This document shows positions 9,586 through 18,492 of a DNA stretch of 64,000 nt, piece by piece (the first letter of the stretch is position 1; the number at the start of each line of letters is the position of its first letter). The DNA comes from Bacteroidaceae bacterium (lineage in GTDB: Bacteria > Bacteroidota > Bacteroidia > Bacteroidales > Paludibacteraceae), in assembly GCA_963654355.1 (NCBI GenBank), contig CAVKBM010000003.1, positions 12,056 through 76,055 of the forward strand, written 5' to 3'. A program made the position numbers and the translations under genes. The notes beneath the pieces were generated by a model. That model made no database searches and was not told the DNA's origin. It saw nothing but the letters and a program-made list of their open reading frames with translations.

Positions 9586-11130
9586 TTACTCATTTGCATT
9601 TTGTGCGTTGTCAGACGGCTGTGGAGCGTCGTTAGGTTTTCCAACATCCTCTTTATTCCCGTTCGTCTGGACAGGGTTGTTTCGTCCGTCTCGGTTGCGG
9701 TTGCTATTATTGCGGTTGCGGAACTGATTTCGTCTGTCGTCGTTGCGATTTTCGTTCCTGTTTCCTTTGTTTCTGTTTTCGTTACGATTCTCATTACGCT
9801 CACCGTTCCTATTGCGACGCTCTCTGTTTCGGTCGTTGTCTCGTTTTGGGTTTTGTTTATCTCCCTGTAGACGAGGCTTTTGTTCTTGATTCTGAGTTGC
9901 TTGTACATTCTCTTTTCCAACATCTGTTGTTTGGTCGGTGGATGTTGGACGAGTTTTCTCTTCTGAATTAGATAAATCTTCTACATTAGAAGGATTAGAA
10001 GACTCTGCATTTGCTTGATTATCAGCAATCTTGTTTATTTTGTCTGTCGGTTTGCTTTTCTTTTTGTTTTTCTTCTTTTTGTCGAATCGGGTGAGGCTGT
10101 CTTGCCCGACGACATTCTCGTAGTCGATCTTTTTCTTCTCTTCTCCGTCTTCCTCTAATAGAGCGTCTACTTTGATACCTTTTTTGTTGAGGGCGATGAT
10201 TTCTTTTACTCGCTCTACTGGGATGGATATGAGGTTTGACGCCATGTTTTTAGCGGAAGAATATTGCATAAATCCGCTGAACACATCGGTTTTGAAGTGG
10301 TAGAATGTCCCATCCACCGTTTCCAACGGAATTTCTCTGTTAGGCAGTTGTTTCTGTGCCTCAACGTATGCATCAATTTCAAAGTTGAGGCAACACTTTA
10401 GTTTTGCGCATTGTCCCGCCAATTTCTGTGGATTGAGCGAAATCTCTTGGTATCGTGCAGAGCTGGTTGCTACGGAGCTGAACTTGGTCATCCAGCTGGA
10501 ACAGCATAATGGACGACCGCAAGGACCGATACCTCCGATTCGACCTGCCTCCTGCCTTGCTCCAATCTGTTTCATCTCAATGCGCACATGAAATGCGTCT
10601 GCCAATACTTTGATGAGTTCTCGGAAGTCTACACGTTCGTCTGCTATGTAATAGAAGATGGCTTTGTTTCCATCTCCCTGATATTCCACATCACCGATTT
10701 TCATGTTGAGTTTGAGATTCTCAGCTATCTTACGGGCGCGCAACATTGTGTCATGCTCTTTCGCCTTTGCCTCCTCAAATTTCTCCAAGTCGTTCGGACG
10801 GGCAATGCGGTAGATGCGTTTAATCTCCGTGCGCGTTTGGTCTACATGATATTTCTTCATCTGTGCCAACACTAACTGACCTGTCATTGAGACAGTCCCA
10901 ATGTCGTGTCCTGGCGATGATTCTACAGCGACAACGTCTCCTTTCACCAACGTGAGGTTGTTCGTGTTGCGGTAATATCCTTTTCTTGTATTCTTGAATG
11001 TCACCTCGACCAAGTCTGTTGCGGCAAGCGATTCTGGTATGTCGCACAACCAGTCGAACGTGTCTAATTTCTGATCTGTCTTTTTGCTGCAACCTTTGCA
11101 ATTCATTCTGCAGCCTTCATTTATACTCAT
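9586..11130 (-). CDS. PSP1 domain protein (RicT/YaaT-like) with long low-complexity C-terminal tail
   Basis: PSP1 core 'IGPCGRPLCCSSWMTKFSSV'. The last ~170 aa are K/N/R/E/Q-rich, with 'NRNENRNENRNKGNRNENRN'. Confidence 0.85.
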   Translation of the reverse strand: MSINEGCRMNCKGCSKKTDQKLDTFDWLCDIPESLAATDLVEVTFKNTRKGYYRNTNNLTLVKGDVVAVESSPGHDIGTVSMTGQLVLAQMKKYHVDQTRTEIKRIYRIARPNDLEKFEEAKAKEHDTMLRARKIAENLKLNMKIGDVEYQGDGNKAIFYYIADERVDFRELIKVLADAFHVRIEMKQIGARQEAGRIGGIGPCGRPLCCSSWMTKFSSVATSSARYQEISLNPQKLAGQCAKLKCCLNFEIDAYVEAQKQLPNREIPLETVDGTFYHFKTDVFSGFMQYSSAKNMASNLISIPVERVKEIIALNKKGIKVDALLEEDGEEKKKIDYENVVGQDSLTRFDKKKKNKKKSKPTDKINKIADNQANAESSNPSNVEDLSNSEEKTRPTSTDQTTDVGKENVQATQNQEQKPRLQGDKQNPKRDNDRNRERRNRNGERNENRNENRNKGNRNENRNDDRRNQFRNRNNSNRNRDGRNNPVQTNGNKEDVGKPNDAPQPSDNAQNANE

Positions 11131-11221
11131 GTATAATCTTGACTATATGTATGTTAAAAATATATATTAGGGATTTTATCCTCTAATATGGAGAAATATA
11201 CTGTGGAAGAATCTCAATAAC

Positions 11222-12343
11222 CTATTTCCGAATAAGGACAGCGAATTTGAGAGCCAAGTCGAAGAAGACTATTTTTGCTTGTGCGTTTTGCTCGATATGC
11301 CTTTCGGCGAGTGAAACTTCTCGCATAAAGCCTTCTATATTCCTCTCGTTGATAAAAGGGGAGAATTTTGTGGAAAAATTCGCCTCTTCGTTCGATTGAT
11401 AGTTCAGCTGCTTTTCTTGTAGGTTATAGATGAAATTCTCTCGTATGGTCTTTTGTGTATATTTGAGGAAGTTAATCTGTTGTTTTCTGCCAGCTGCATG
11501 CACCTCTTCTGCCCAACGTTGCATCTCTTTCACTTTTCTTGCAAAGCAGAGTCGCATAACAAGGACAAACCAATTGAAATTTTCATTTTCATCTTCGGAA
11601 TGCTCGTAGAGTTCCCTCGCCTTTGTCAGACTGCCGTTGGAAATGTGCGCCAAATGCGCCAATTCTTCAGCGTCTAAAGTGTGGTCGTCTCCTAAGGCTT
11701 TGGCAATGTCTGCCTCGGTCAACGGAGGCACGAAGAAGCGTTGTGTCCTGGAAGTGATGGTTGGCAACAACTTTTCGGCTTCATTGCTCACCAGGATAAA
11801 AAGCGTCTTTTGTGGTGGCTCTTCAATGATTTTTAGCAGTTTGTTGGCACAAACATCATTCATCATTCGCTCGGGAAGCCAGATAATCATCACCTTGTAT
11901 TCCGATTCGTACGATTTTGAAGCGAGTTTCTGAATGATTTTATCACTCTCGTTGGCGTATATCTGACTTTGCTTGTTGTCTTTGCTCATCACTCGCTCCC
12001 AATCGGTGAGGGTGAAATAGGGCGATTTTAACACTCGCTCTCTCCATTCTGGCAAGAAATTGTCGCATGTAACGGTGTCTTTCATTCGAGAAATTGGAAA
12101 CGCAAAATGCAAGTCGGGGTGAATCAATTTCTGCATCTGTTGGCACGAAGGACAAACTCCGCAGGAGTCATGCTCATCTCGATTTGGACAGTTGACATAT
12201 TGGGCAAGCGCCAATGCAAGTGCCAATTTGCCAGATCCCTGTGGACCTTGCAATAACAACGCATGCGGTAACCTGTTGTCAATCACCGACTTGATGAACG
12301 ATGTCTTGAGCCTTTCTTGTCCGTATACGTCTTTGAATTGCAT
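11222..12343 (-). CDS. holB: DNA polymerase III subunit delta'
   Basis: Motifs 'HALLLQGPQGSGKLALALALAQYVNC' and zinc module 'CGVCPSCQQ'. Confidence 0.9.
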   Translation of the reverse strand: MQFKDVYGQERLKTSFIKSVIDNRLPHALLLQGPQGSGKLALALALAQYVNCPNRDEHDSCGVCPSCQQMQKLIHPDLHFAFPISRMKDTVTCDNFLPEWRERVLKSPYFTLTDWERVMSKDNKQSQIYANESDKIIQKLASKSYESEYKVMIIWLPERMMNDVCANKLLKIIEEPPQKTLFILVSNEAEKLLPTITSRTQRFFVPPLTEADIAKALGDDHTLDAEELAHLAHISNGSLTKARELYEHSEDENENFNWFVLVMRLCFARKVKEMQRWAEEVHAAGRKQQINFLKYTQKTIRENFIYNLQEKQLNYQSNEEANFSTKFSPFINERNIEGFMREVSLAERHIEQNAQAKIVFFDLALKFAVLIRK

Positions 12344-12379
12344 TTTTCCCTCTTGATAAGATATCCAAAATATACCTTA

Positions 12380-12387
12380 CAAATTTA
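12380..12387 (-). promoter_or_regulatory. -7 promoter element for holB operon
   Basis: TAAATTTG on the minus strand, 37 nt upstream of ATG 12343. Confidence 0.45.
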
Positions 12388-12499
12388 CGATAAAAATGCG
12401 ACAATTTATTGCGGTTTTTTAAAAAATGAGAATGGAAGATTTCGTTTACAGAGAATCGTCTATTCGCAATGCAATGATGATGGGTTCTCTTATTTTTCT

Positions 12500-13408
12500 T
12501 TATTGCATCATCCAATGTTTTAATTCCTCCACACTTTTCCCTCTCTGTTGGGCGTATTCGATTATCTGGTCTTCTCCCACTTCACCAACATTAAAATAAA
12601 AAGCTTTGGGGTGCGAGATGTGTAGAGCGCAAATAGATGCGTTAGGCTTCATAGCTCCATTTTCTGTTAATGTGATACCTATATCACTGAGATTTATCAG
12701 TTTATTTGCTTCAAATAGCATAGAAAGGTCGGGGATGGATGGATAACCAAAGGCGGGACGAATGCCTTCTGCATGGGAGACTTCTCTGTAACCCCAGTAT
12801 TCGTTGCGTATCTTCTCGTGTAACCACTCTGCGGTGGCTTCTGCCAAACGGTCTGCTATGCTTTTTACTAAAATCGAACGGTAGTCGTCGCCTTTTTCTT
12901 TCTCTTCCTCAGACCATTCGTCTCCTCCATGGATGGTAACCGCAAATATTCCGATATAGTCTTTCCTGGGTGATATGAAGTCAGCTATGGACAGACAAAA
13001 ATCACCTCTTTCGCTGGGATGTTGCTGTCTCAACATGGGTAGGTAGAGTCTCTCTTTCTCATCTTCAAGTATTGAAATTCCTTCTCCTTTGCTTCTTGCT
13101 TCTGCAAAGTAAACGATTGCTTGTGGCTGAAAACGCTTCATCTCCATACCGTCGCGAAGCACGTCTTGCGCGTCTCTAAAGAGTTGATACGCTTCTTTAG
13201 CTTTCCCTTTGTCTTCTGGACGGAATTTGTTGAGCCATTGTGTTTTGCAAGCTTCACAATCGCACAATGTCTCCAACCCGTCATAGTGTCCGCTCACTTT
13301 CCACGCAAGAAAGAAAAACTTCCATTCTATTCGCATAATGATAGAAGGGAGGTCAATATCTGTGATTATTCTTCGACCTAAGAAAGATGGACGGATAGGT
13401 TGATACAT
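12500..13408 (-). CDS. Stand-alone methionine synthase (MetH) reactivation/AdoMet-binding domain protein
   Basis: 'GIRPAFGYPSIPDLS' and 'ENGAMKPNASICALHISHP' resemble the MetH C-terminal activation domain. No Hcy, folate or B12 modules are fused. Confidence 0.75.
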   Translation of the reverse strand: MYQPIRPSFLGRRIITDIDLPSIIMRIEWKFFFLAWKVSGHYDGLETLCDCEACKTQWLNKFRPEDKGKAKEAYQLFRDAQDVLRDGMEMKRFQPQAIVYFAEARSKGEGISILEDEKERLYLPMLRQQHPSERGDFCLSIADFISPRKDYIGIFAVTIHGGDEWSEEEKEKGDDYRSILVKSIADRLAEATAEWLHEKIRNEYWGYREVSHAEGIRPAFGYPSIPDLSMLFEANKLINLSDIGITLTENGAMKPNASICALHISHPKAFYFNVGEVGEDQIIEYAQQRGKSVEELKHWMMQ

Positions 13409-13426
13409 CTGTTTTTAGACTATTTT

Positions 13427-15028
13427 TCAATCGCTGACTTTTTGTTGTTCTCGTCTGTTAGTCAATTCTGTGGTGATTTCCGTCATTTTCTGTTGGTTGA
13501 GTGGGTAGAGTAGCATTAGAACGGCACCGACAAATGCTATGATGGCGGGAATCCAACTCATTAACTCAATGATGCCTGGTACGGCTGCTTCAATAGAGGC
13601 AGAGTCTTGTCCGTTGTACCCATAAAGACCTAAAACGAGTCCGATGATTGCTCCCGCAATTCCTCCTCCAAACTTGGTGGCAAAAGAGCCTGCCGAGTAA
13701 ACTAAGCCTGTCGCACGACGTCCATTCGCAAACTCCGAATAGTCGGCAGCGTCTCCCAACATAGCGAAAAATAGGGTAGGCATGATGGCGGCTGCGCATT
13801 CGCTAAGCGATCCAATGATGAAGATTGCCGTCTTGTCTTGTGGACCGCAGAACATCAGCATTGAATTGATAATACCACTCACCACTAAGGCACCGATGAA
13901 AACGTTTTTCTTGCCAAAACGGCGAGAGAGTGGAGTTGTGGCCGCCGCTCCGATGATGGAGGCAATCATTAGGGCGGTCATGTATCCTCCTGCCAGAAGT
14001 TGATTATGGATATAGTGTGTGAAATAAATCACCGTAATGCCTTGTTTTATGTTGTTGTAGATGTTGAAAGCCAATCCTACAACGAGCAATACTATCCACG
14101 GACGGTTTCTTATCAAATCTTTTAGGTCGTTCCAAATATTCTCTTTTTGTCCTTTGGGAGGAGAAACACGTTCTCTCGTAAAATGAAAGGTAATGAACAT
14201 ACAGAGAACCAAGAGGATGGAAAGAGTATAGATTGCCTTGCTGTAACCTTGACTTTGATCTATCAATGTGATTTTGTCAGTCGTTAGATTCTCTTCTCCC
14301 TCCACCATAAAATTATATGTCTCTCCTGCTTGGACGGAAAAACTCTTGCCGAATGTTGGAGTGTCTGTATCATCTCCTATCATCAGAAAAGTGGCAATAC
14401 CATCTTCTGTCTTTATGTTTACATTCTTCACATCTTGTTGCGCAGAGATGGAAACTTGATATTTGTCATTATCAACCTTGAGTAGATTGATTCCTGGATT
14501 AATATTTCCGAAGTATGTTACTAAGAAGAGAAGAGTGCCTTGAACGAGCATGCCGCCCGCAAATGCTCCTACCATACGAAAAGATCCTATGCTGGTTCTC
14601 TCTTTGTCGTCTCCTGTCATTACTGCCATTAGCGCGCCGTAAGGAATATTGTTGGCAGTATAGATAAGAGTGAAGAGAATGTATGTGGTATAGGCGTAGG
14701 CGATCTTCCATGGAATAGACCAGCTTTCAGGACATGTGAACAACAACGAAAGAATGATTCCTAAAGGAAGTGCAGACCATAGAATCCATGGACGAAACTT
14801 GCCATATTTTGATTGTGTACGGTCGCCTACGACTCCCATCAGGACATCCGACACACCATCGCTCGTTCTTGCTACGAGCATCAACGTACCCACGGTGGCA
14901 GGTGTCAATCCAAACACGTCCGTGTAGAAGATGATGAGAAAGGTGGAAACTCCACGCCACGCAATGTTGGCAGAGGCGTCGCCCAATGCGTAGGCTATCT
15001 TTTCTTTGAGGGAGAGTTTTTGCTCCAT
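13427..15028 (-). CDS. Glycoside-pentoside-hexuronide (GPH):cation symporter family MFS transporter
   Basis: N-terminus 'LSLKEKIAYALGDASANIAWRGVSTFLIIFYTDVFGL...VARTSDGVSDVLMGVVGDRT.SKYGKFRPW' is a typical GPH signature. Start chosen at ATG 15028 (MEQKLSL). Confidence 0.88.
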   Translation of the reverse strand: MEQKLSLKEKIAYALGDASANIAWRGVSTFLIIFYTDVFGLTPATVGTLMLVARTSDGVSDVLMGVVGDRTQSKYGKFRPWILWSALPLGIILSLLFTCPESWSIPWKIAYAYTTYILFTLIYTANNIPYGALMAVMTGDDKERTSIGSFRMVGAFAGGMLVQGTLLFLVTYFGNINPGINLLKVDNDKYQVSISAQQDVKNVNIKTEDGIATFLMIGDDTDTPTFGKSFSVQAGETYNFMVEGEENLTTDKITLIDQSQGYSKAIYTLSILLVLCMFITFHFTRERVSPPKGQKENIWNDLKDLIRNRPWIVLLVVGLAFNIYNNIKQGITVIYFTHYIHNQLLAGGYMTALMIASIIGAAATTPLSRRFGKKNVFIGALVVSGIINSMLMFCGPQDKTAIFIIGSLSECAAAIMPTLFFAMLGDAADYSEFANGRRATGLVYSAGSFATKFGGGIAGAIIGLVLGLYGYNGQDSASIEAAVPGIIELMSWIPAIIAFVGAVLMLLYPLNQQKMTEITTELTNRREQQKVSD

Positions 15029-15058
15029 GATGTAATAATGAATATAATATGTGGTTTG

Positions 15059-15066
15059 CAAAAATA
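15059..15066 (-). promoter_or_regulatory. -7 promoter element for GPH transporter
   Basis: TATTTTTG on the minus strand, 31 nt upstream of ATG 15028. Confidence 0.45.
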
Positions 15067-15075
15067 ACAACGTAT

Positions 15076-15108
15076 GATGTAACCTCAAAGGCTCATTGAG
15101 ATTACATC
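15076..15108 (-). terminator. Stem-loop terminator after the Big_2 lipoprotein gene
   Basis: GATGTAACCTCA (15076-15087) pairs with TGAGATTACATC (15097-15108) with one mismatch. A T-rich tract follows on the minus strand. Confidence 0.55.
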
Positions 15109-15132
15109 ACACATTTATTGCTATATTAAATC

Positions 15133-17301
15133 TTATTCGCTCTTTTTTATTGGCCAGTAATATGAATATTCCTGTGAGGTGGTTTCTGACTGCTTACTAA
15201 AGGTGCTCGAACCATTGATTTTAATATAGGGTATGGTTTTTATTCCATGCGTACCTCCAATTCCAAGTTGTCCAGAATCTGTTATTTTAGCATAGTATTG
15301 ATAGTAGGAGTGATACTCGTATTCGGCCATACTGCCTTTTGATGTACTGTATTCATAGATACAGTCTGAAGTGAAATACATTACTTGTGGACCTTTCAAC
15401 AAGACGTATTTTTCTTTGTCTCCCTTCTTATAGATTGCAAAATATTTTGTGCTTTCACCAAAACCTATACTACCATAAGCTTTACAAAAAGTATTACTAA
15501 CAACTTCTGAAAAATCAGCAAAGCTCGGAGTGCATGTGTTAGGGTATTTGTTTTTGTATTCTTTTGTCACAGGGTCATCATTAGCACATTTGAATGAATA
15601 TGTCTCTCCAGATTCTAATTTAACATATCCTATTTGATAACAAGGTTTGTATAAGTGTAATGCATTAGCACCCCAAAGAGCACCACTTGGAAGTCCAAAG
15701 TCTACGAAACTGTCATCGTAAACTTTGATTATGAGGGTGCCAGTCGTGTAAGTCCCACATGATAGGGTGATTTTACATTCTCCAACATTTCGACCTGTTA
15801 TGGTAATTGTATTGGTCGCCTTGTTAAGCGTGTAGTCTACGACACCATAGGCAGAACCGTATGTTTTCAATTCATCGGTCGTTGGGATGCTCTCAAAGCT
15901 TAACGAAAGATTAGAAACGTCAGCCTTGGTTGGGGTTACGGTGTATGTGATTTTTTCTGTTTCTCCTCTTCTTATGCTTAATGTACCGATAATTCCGCTT
16001 GTTGAACTGTTTTCAATTTTCTCATTTGATAGCGTGATAGATTTCAATGAATTGTCGACGACGACTTCAAAGGTGGCAGTGAGGGCTTGTAATTTTCCTC
16101 GGTTGAGAGTCGCTGTGATTGTCGCTGTTCCATCGGCAAGTCCAACGACGTTACAATAAAGTGTTCCTTTTGCATTCGTTGATATTGTGCTGATTTTGGC
16201 TACAGAAGGATTGGAAGAAGAAAAAATCACATTGGATAAGTCAAGTCCATATTGATCTGTTAGATTGGAGGGGGAAAAGAATATGCTAATAGTATCTTCT
16301 TTGGCGAGCGTGGCATTGTGTATTTCTTTGTTGTATTCATTTAACACCCAAAGAGAGATTGCGGAAGGATATGTTTGCTTGACGGTTACTGTGCATGTTT
16401 TTGTTATTCCACCTAATGTGATCGTTATTGTAGCGGTTCCTTCTTCCTGGCTGTTTATGGTAAAAACGATGCTGCCGTCTTTCTTTTCTCCCTTCGTGAT
16501 TGTGGCGACGTTTGTGTCCGACGATTTGATGATTGCTTCATCCCACAATGAATTGATGGTGTAGTCTGACTCCGCAATGTCTAAGGTGGCAATGAGAGTC
16601 GCGGTTTTGTTCGGAAACATATTCATAGTCTCTTTGTCTAAATTGAATGCATTAATGGCTTTCTTATAGACTTCCACCATACACTTTTTCTCAACTTTTT
16701 CACCATCAACATTTTTAAATGAGGCAACAACGCATGATGTCCCCGCATTCACTCCAGTAACCTGAAAAGAGCAGTCTTCCTCTTTCTGTGTGATTTTTGC
16801 TATTTTTGCATTTTCTGATACTAAATCTACGGAGCAGAATGAAGCCCCTTCTGGATTCAAACCAATAGGCAGGGAGTCCGTTTGGTTGTAGCGAATTTTA
16901 AATGTGTCTGGAAGATAGATGCTTTTTATTTGTACTTTGATGACTTCTATCTGTACTTCTATCGTCTTGCCTAAAACTGTCGCCGAAATAGTGGTCGTTC
17001 CTTCTCTTAATGCGTAAACTCTACCTTTGCTATCTACTGAAGCGATGTTCTTGTTTGAGCTGTTCCAGTAGATGGTGGCTGTGTCTAACGACTCGGGTAA
17101 TATTTGCACATAAAATTTTTTGGACTCTCCCTCTTCCATTCTGTTGTTCTCGGGAAGGTCTTCCGAAAGAAACTCAACGCTTTCTAACTCTATTGTGTCG
17201 TCTCCCTTCTCTTTCTTACAACCAACCCATGTAAGTATCGCACAGAAAAATACAGTTGCCAATCCTACGATTAATCTTGAAAAATTGCTATTGCTTCTCA
17301 T
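15133..17301 (-). CDS. Surface lipoprotein with multiple Big_2 (bacterial Ig-like) domains and an unassigned ~200-aa C-terminal domain
   Basis: Signal peptide plus Cys ('LTWVGCKKE'). Repeated '...SSN..(I/V)A.V...G.V.A...GTATITAT' units are typical of Big_2. Confidence 0.75.
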   Translation of the reverse strand: MRSNSNFSRLIVGLATVFFCAILTWVGCKKEKGDDTIELESVEFLSEDLPENNRMEEGESKKFYVQILPESLDTATIYWNSSNKNIASVDSKGRVYALREGTTTISATVLGKTIEVQIEVIKVQIKSIYLPDTFKIRYNQTDSLPIGLNPEGASFCSVDLVSENAKIAKITQKEEDCSFQVTGVNAGTSCVVASFKNVDGEKVEKKCMVEVYKKAINAFNLDKETMNMFPNKTATLIATLDIAESDYTINSLWDEAIIKSSDTNVATITKGEKKDGSIVFTINSQEEGTATITITLGGITKTCTVTVKQTYPSAISLWVLNEYNKEIHNATLAKEDTISIFFSPSNLTDQYGLDLSNVIFSSSNPSVAKISTISTNAKGTLYCNVVGLADGTATITATLNRGKLQALTATFEVVVDNSLKSITLSNEKIENSSTSGIIGTLSIRRGETEKITYTVTPTKADVSNLSLSFESIPTTDELKTYGSAYGVVDYTLNKATNTITITGRNVGECKITLSCGTYTTGTLIIKVYDDSFVDFGLPSGALWGANALHLYKPCYQIGYVKLESGETYSFKCANDDPVTKEYKNKYPNTCTPSFADFSEVVSNTFCKAYGSIGFGESTKYFAIYKKGDKEKYVLLKGPQVMYFTSDCIYEYSTSKGSMAEYEYHSYYQYYAKITDSGQLGIGGTHGIKTIPYIKINGSSTFSKQSETTSQEYSYYWPIKKSE

Positions 17302-17357
17302 ATCTGTGAATAAATGATTTGTACTTAAATTGCTCTGTTCCTCATTGTAAACATTTG

Positions 17358-17365
17358 CAAATGTA
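17358..17365 (-). promoter_or_regulatory. -7 promoter element for Big_2 lipoprotein gene
   Basis: TACATTTG on the minus strand, inside the 14-bp palindrome ACATTTGCAAATGT, 57 nt upstream of ATG 17301. Confidence 0.45.
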
Positions 17366-17421
17366 GTGATTAATTTTTGATTGAGAAATTTACAATGCTG
17401 AAAATTGGCTGATTCTCTATG

Positions 17422-17535
17422 AGTTGGAAAAACGGACGAAATATGTATTTTATGGTTGGAAAAACGGACAATTTGTGGTTAAAATAGGTTGGAAAAACGG
17501 ACAAAATATATACATTTGTGGTTGGAAAAATGGAT
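17422..17535 (+). repeat. Four tandem 32-33 bp units each starting (G)GTTGGAAAAA(C/T)GGA(C/T)
   Basis: Copies start at 17422, 17454, 17487 and 17520. The last copy carries ATG where the upstream three have ACG, and it overlaps the 5' end of the ATPase ORF. Confidence 0.85.
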
Positions 17536-17541
17536 GTTGAT

Positions 17542-18492
17542 ATGATTAAACGAAAGATAATCAGTAAATTAGAGAATTTTTATAAGTCAACGGAAAAAGC
17601 AGTGCTCATCACTGGAGCAAGACAGGTTGGAAAAACGTATGCAATCCGCCAGTTCGGAAAAATGAATTTCTCGTGTTTTGTTGAATTTAACTTTTTGGAA
17701 AATCTTGAGGCAAGACGTATCTTCTCGGAAACGAGAAACGTGGAAAATTTTTTACTGCGTATTTCTGCACTCTCTACTGTGAATCTGCGAAAACATGATA
17801 CTTTGATCTTCTTTGATGAGGTGCAAGAATGTCCTGAACTCGTTACGATGTTAAAATTTTTAGTTGAAGAGGGTAGTTACAGGTATATTTTGAGTGGTTC
17901 ACTTTTAGGAGTAGAACTGAAAGACATTCGCTCTATCCCTGTTGGATTTCTATCAATAGAAGAAATGTTTCCGCTTGATTTTGAAGAGTTCGCAAAAGCA
18001 GTGAATTTGTCGGACGAGGTTTGGAACTATCTAAAAAAATCCTACAATGAAAGGACAAAGGTTGACGATGTGATTCATCGTCGTATTCTTCAGCTTTTCC
18101 GTATGTATCTTTCAGTTGGTGGTATGCCTGCTGTTGTTGATGAATATGAAAATGTAGTGGCTCAAGAGTTGCGTGCACATGGATTCAAACTCTTTTATTT
18201 CAACAGCAAAAGACAGGGCGAATTGAATTTTGTCGTGGAGTATAATAATCAGGTCCTTCCAATTGAGGTGAAGTCGGGAAAAGATTACAAGCGCCATTCC
18301 GCACTCTCTAATGTTCTATGTTCTTCCCAATACAATATTTCTCATGCCATTGTCTTCTCTAACGGAAACCTTGAACGTGTCGGTGCGGTTGATTATCTCC
18401 CTGTATATATGGTGTCTTTCCTCCAAATTGAAGAAACTCCCGATGTGCAAGTGAAAAACAACTTTTCTGATATTCTTTTGCCATCGGTGTAA
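17542..18492 (+). CDS. AAA_14/DUF4143-type ATPase, apparently shortened
   Basis: Walker A 'ITGARQVGKTY', Walker B 'LIFFDEVQ', C-terminal 'ELNFVVEYNNQVLPIEVKSGKDYK'. Start at 17542 (MIKRKII); 17518 and 17530 are alternatives. Confidence 0.75.
   Translation: MIKRKIISKLENFYKSTEKAVLITGARQVGKTYAIRQFGKMNFSCFVEFNFLENLEARRIFSETRNVENFLLRISALSTVNLRKHDTLIFFDEVQECPELVTMLKFLVEEGSYRYILSGSLLGVELKDIRSIPVGFLSIEEMFPLDFEEFAKAVNLSDEVWNYLKKSYNERTKVDDVIHRRILQLFRMYLSVGGMPAVVDEYENVVAQELRAHGFKLFYFNSKRQGELNFVVEYNNQVLPIEVKSGKDYKRHSALSNVLCSSQYNISHAIVFSNGNLERVGAVDYLPVYMVSFLQIEETPDVQVKNNFSDILLPSV

Noticed and set aside
9069-9923. A 284-aa ORF overlapping the 3' end of the PSP1 gene.
   Set aside because: Only the last ~169 aa (from ATG 9575, with lipobox SSC) look like a real protein, GldH. 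The N-terminal T/E-rich part is the PSP1 low-complexity tail read in another frame.
13427-15088. A 20-codon N-terminal extension of the GPH transporter (MRLHHTLLFLQTTYYIHYYI).
   Set aside because: The extension would overlap the predicted -7 box at 15059-15066. The family's conserved N-terminus starts at MEQKLSLKEK (15028).
17422-17535. A possible mini-CRISPR array, given periodic ~33-bp repeats.
   Set aside because: There are only four copies. The 16-nt cores are separated by 16-17 nt 'spacers' that resemble one another. The last copy is the gene's own start region, and no cas genes are present.
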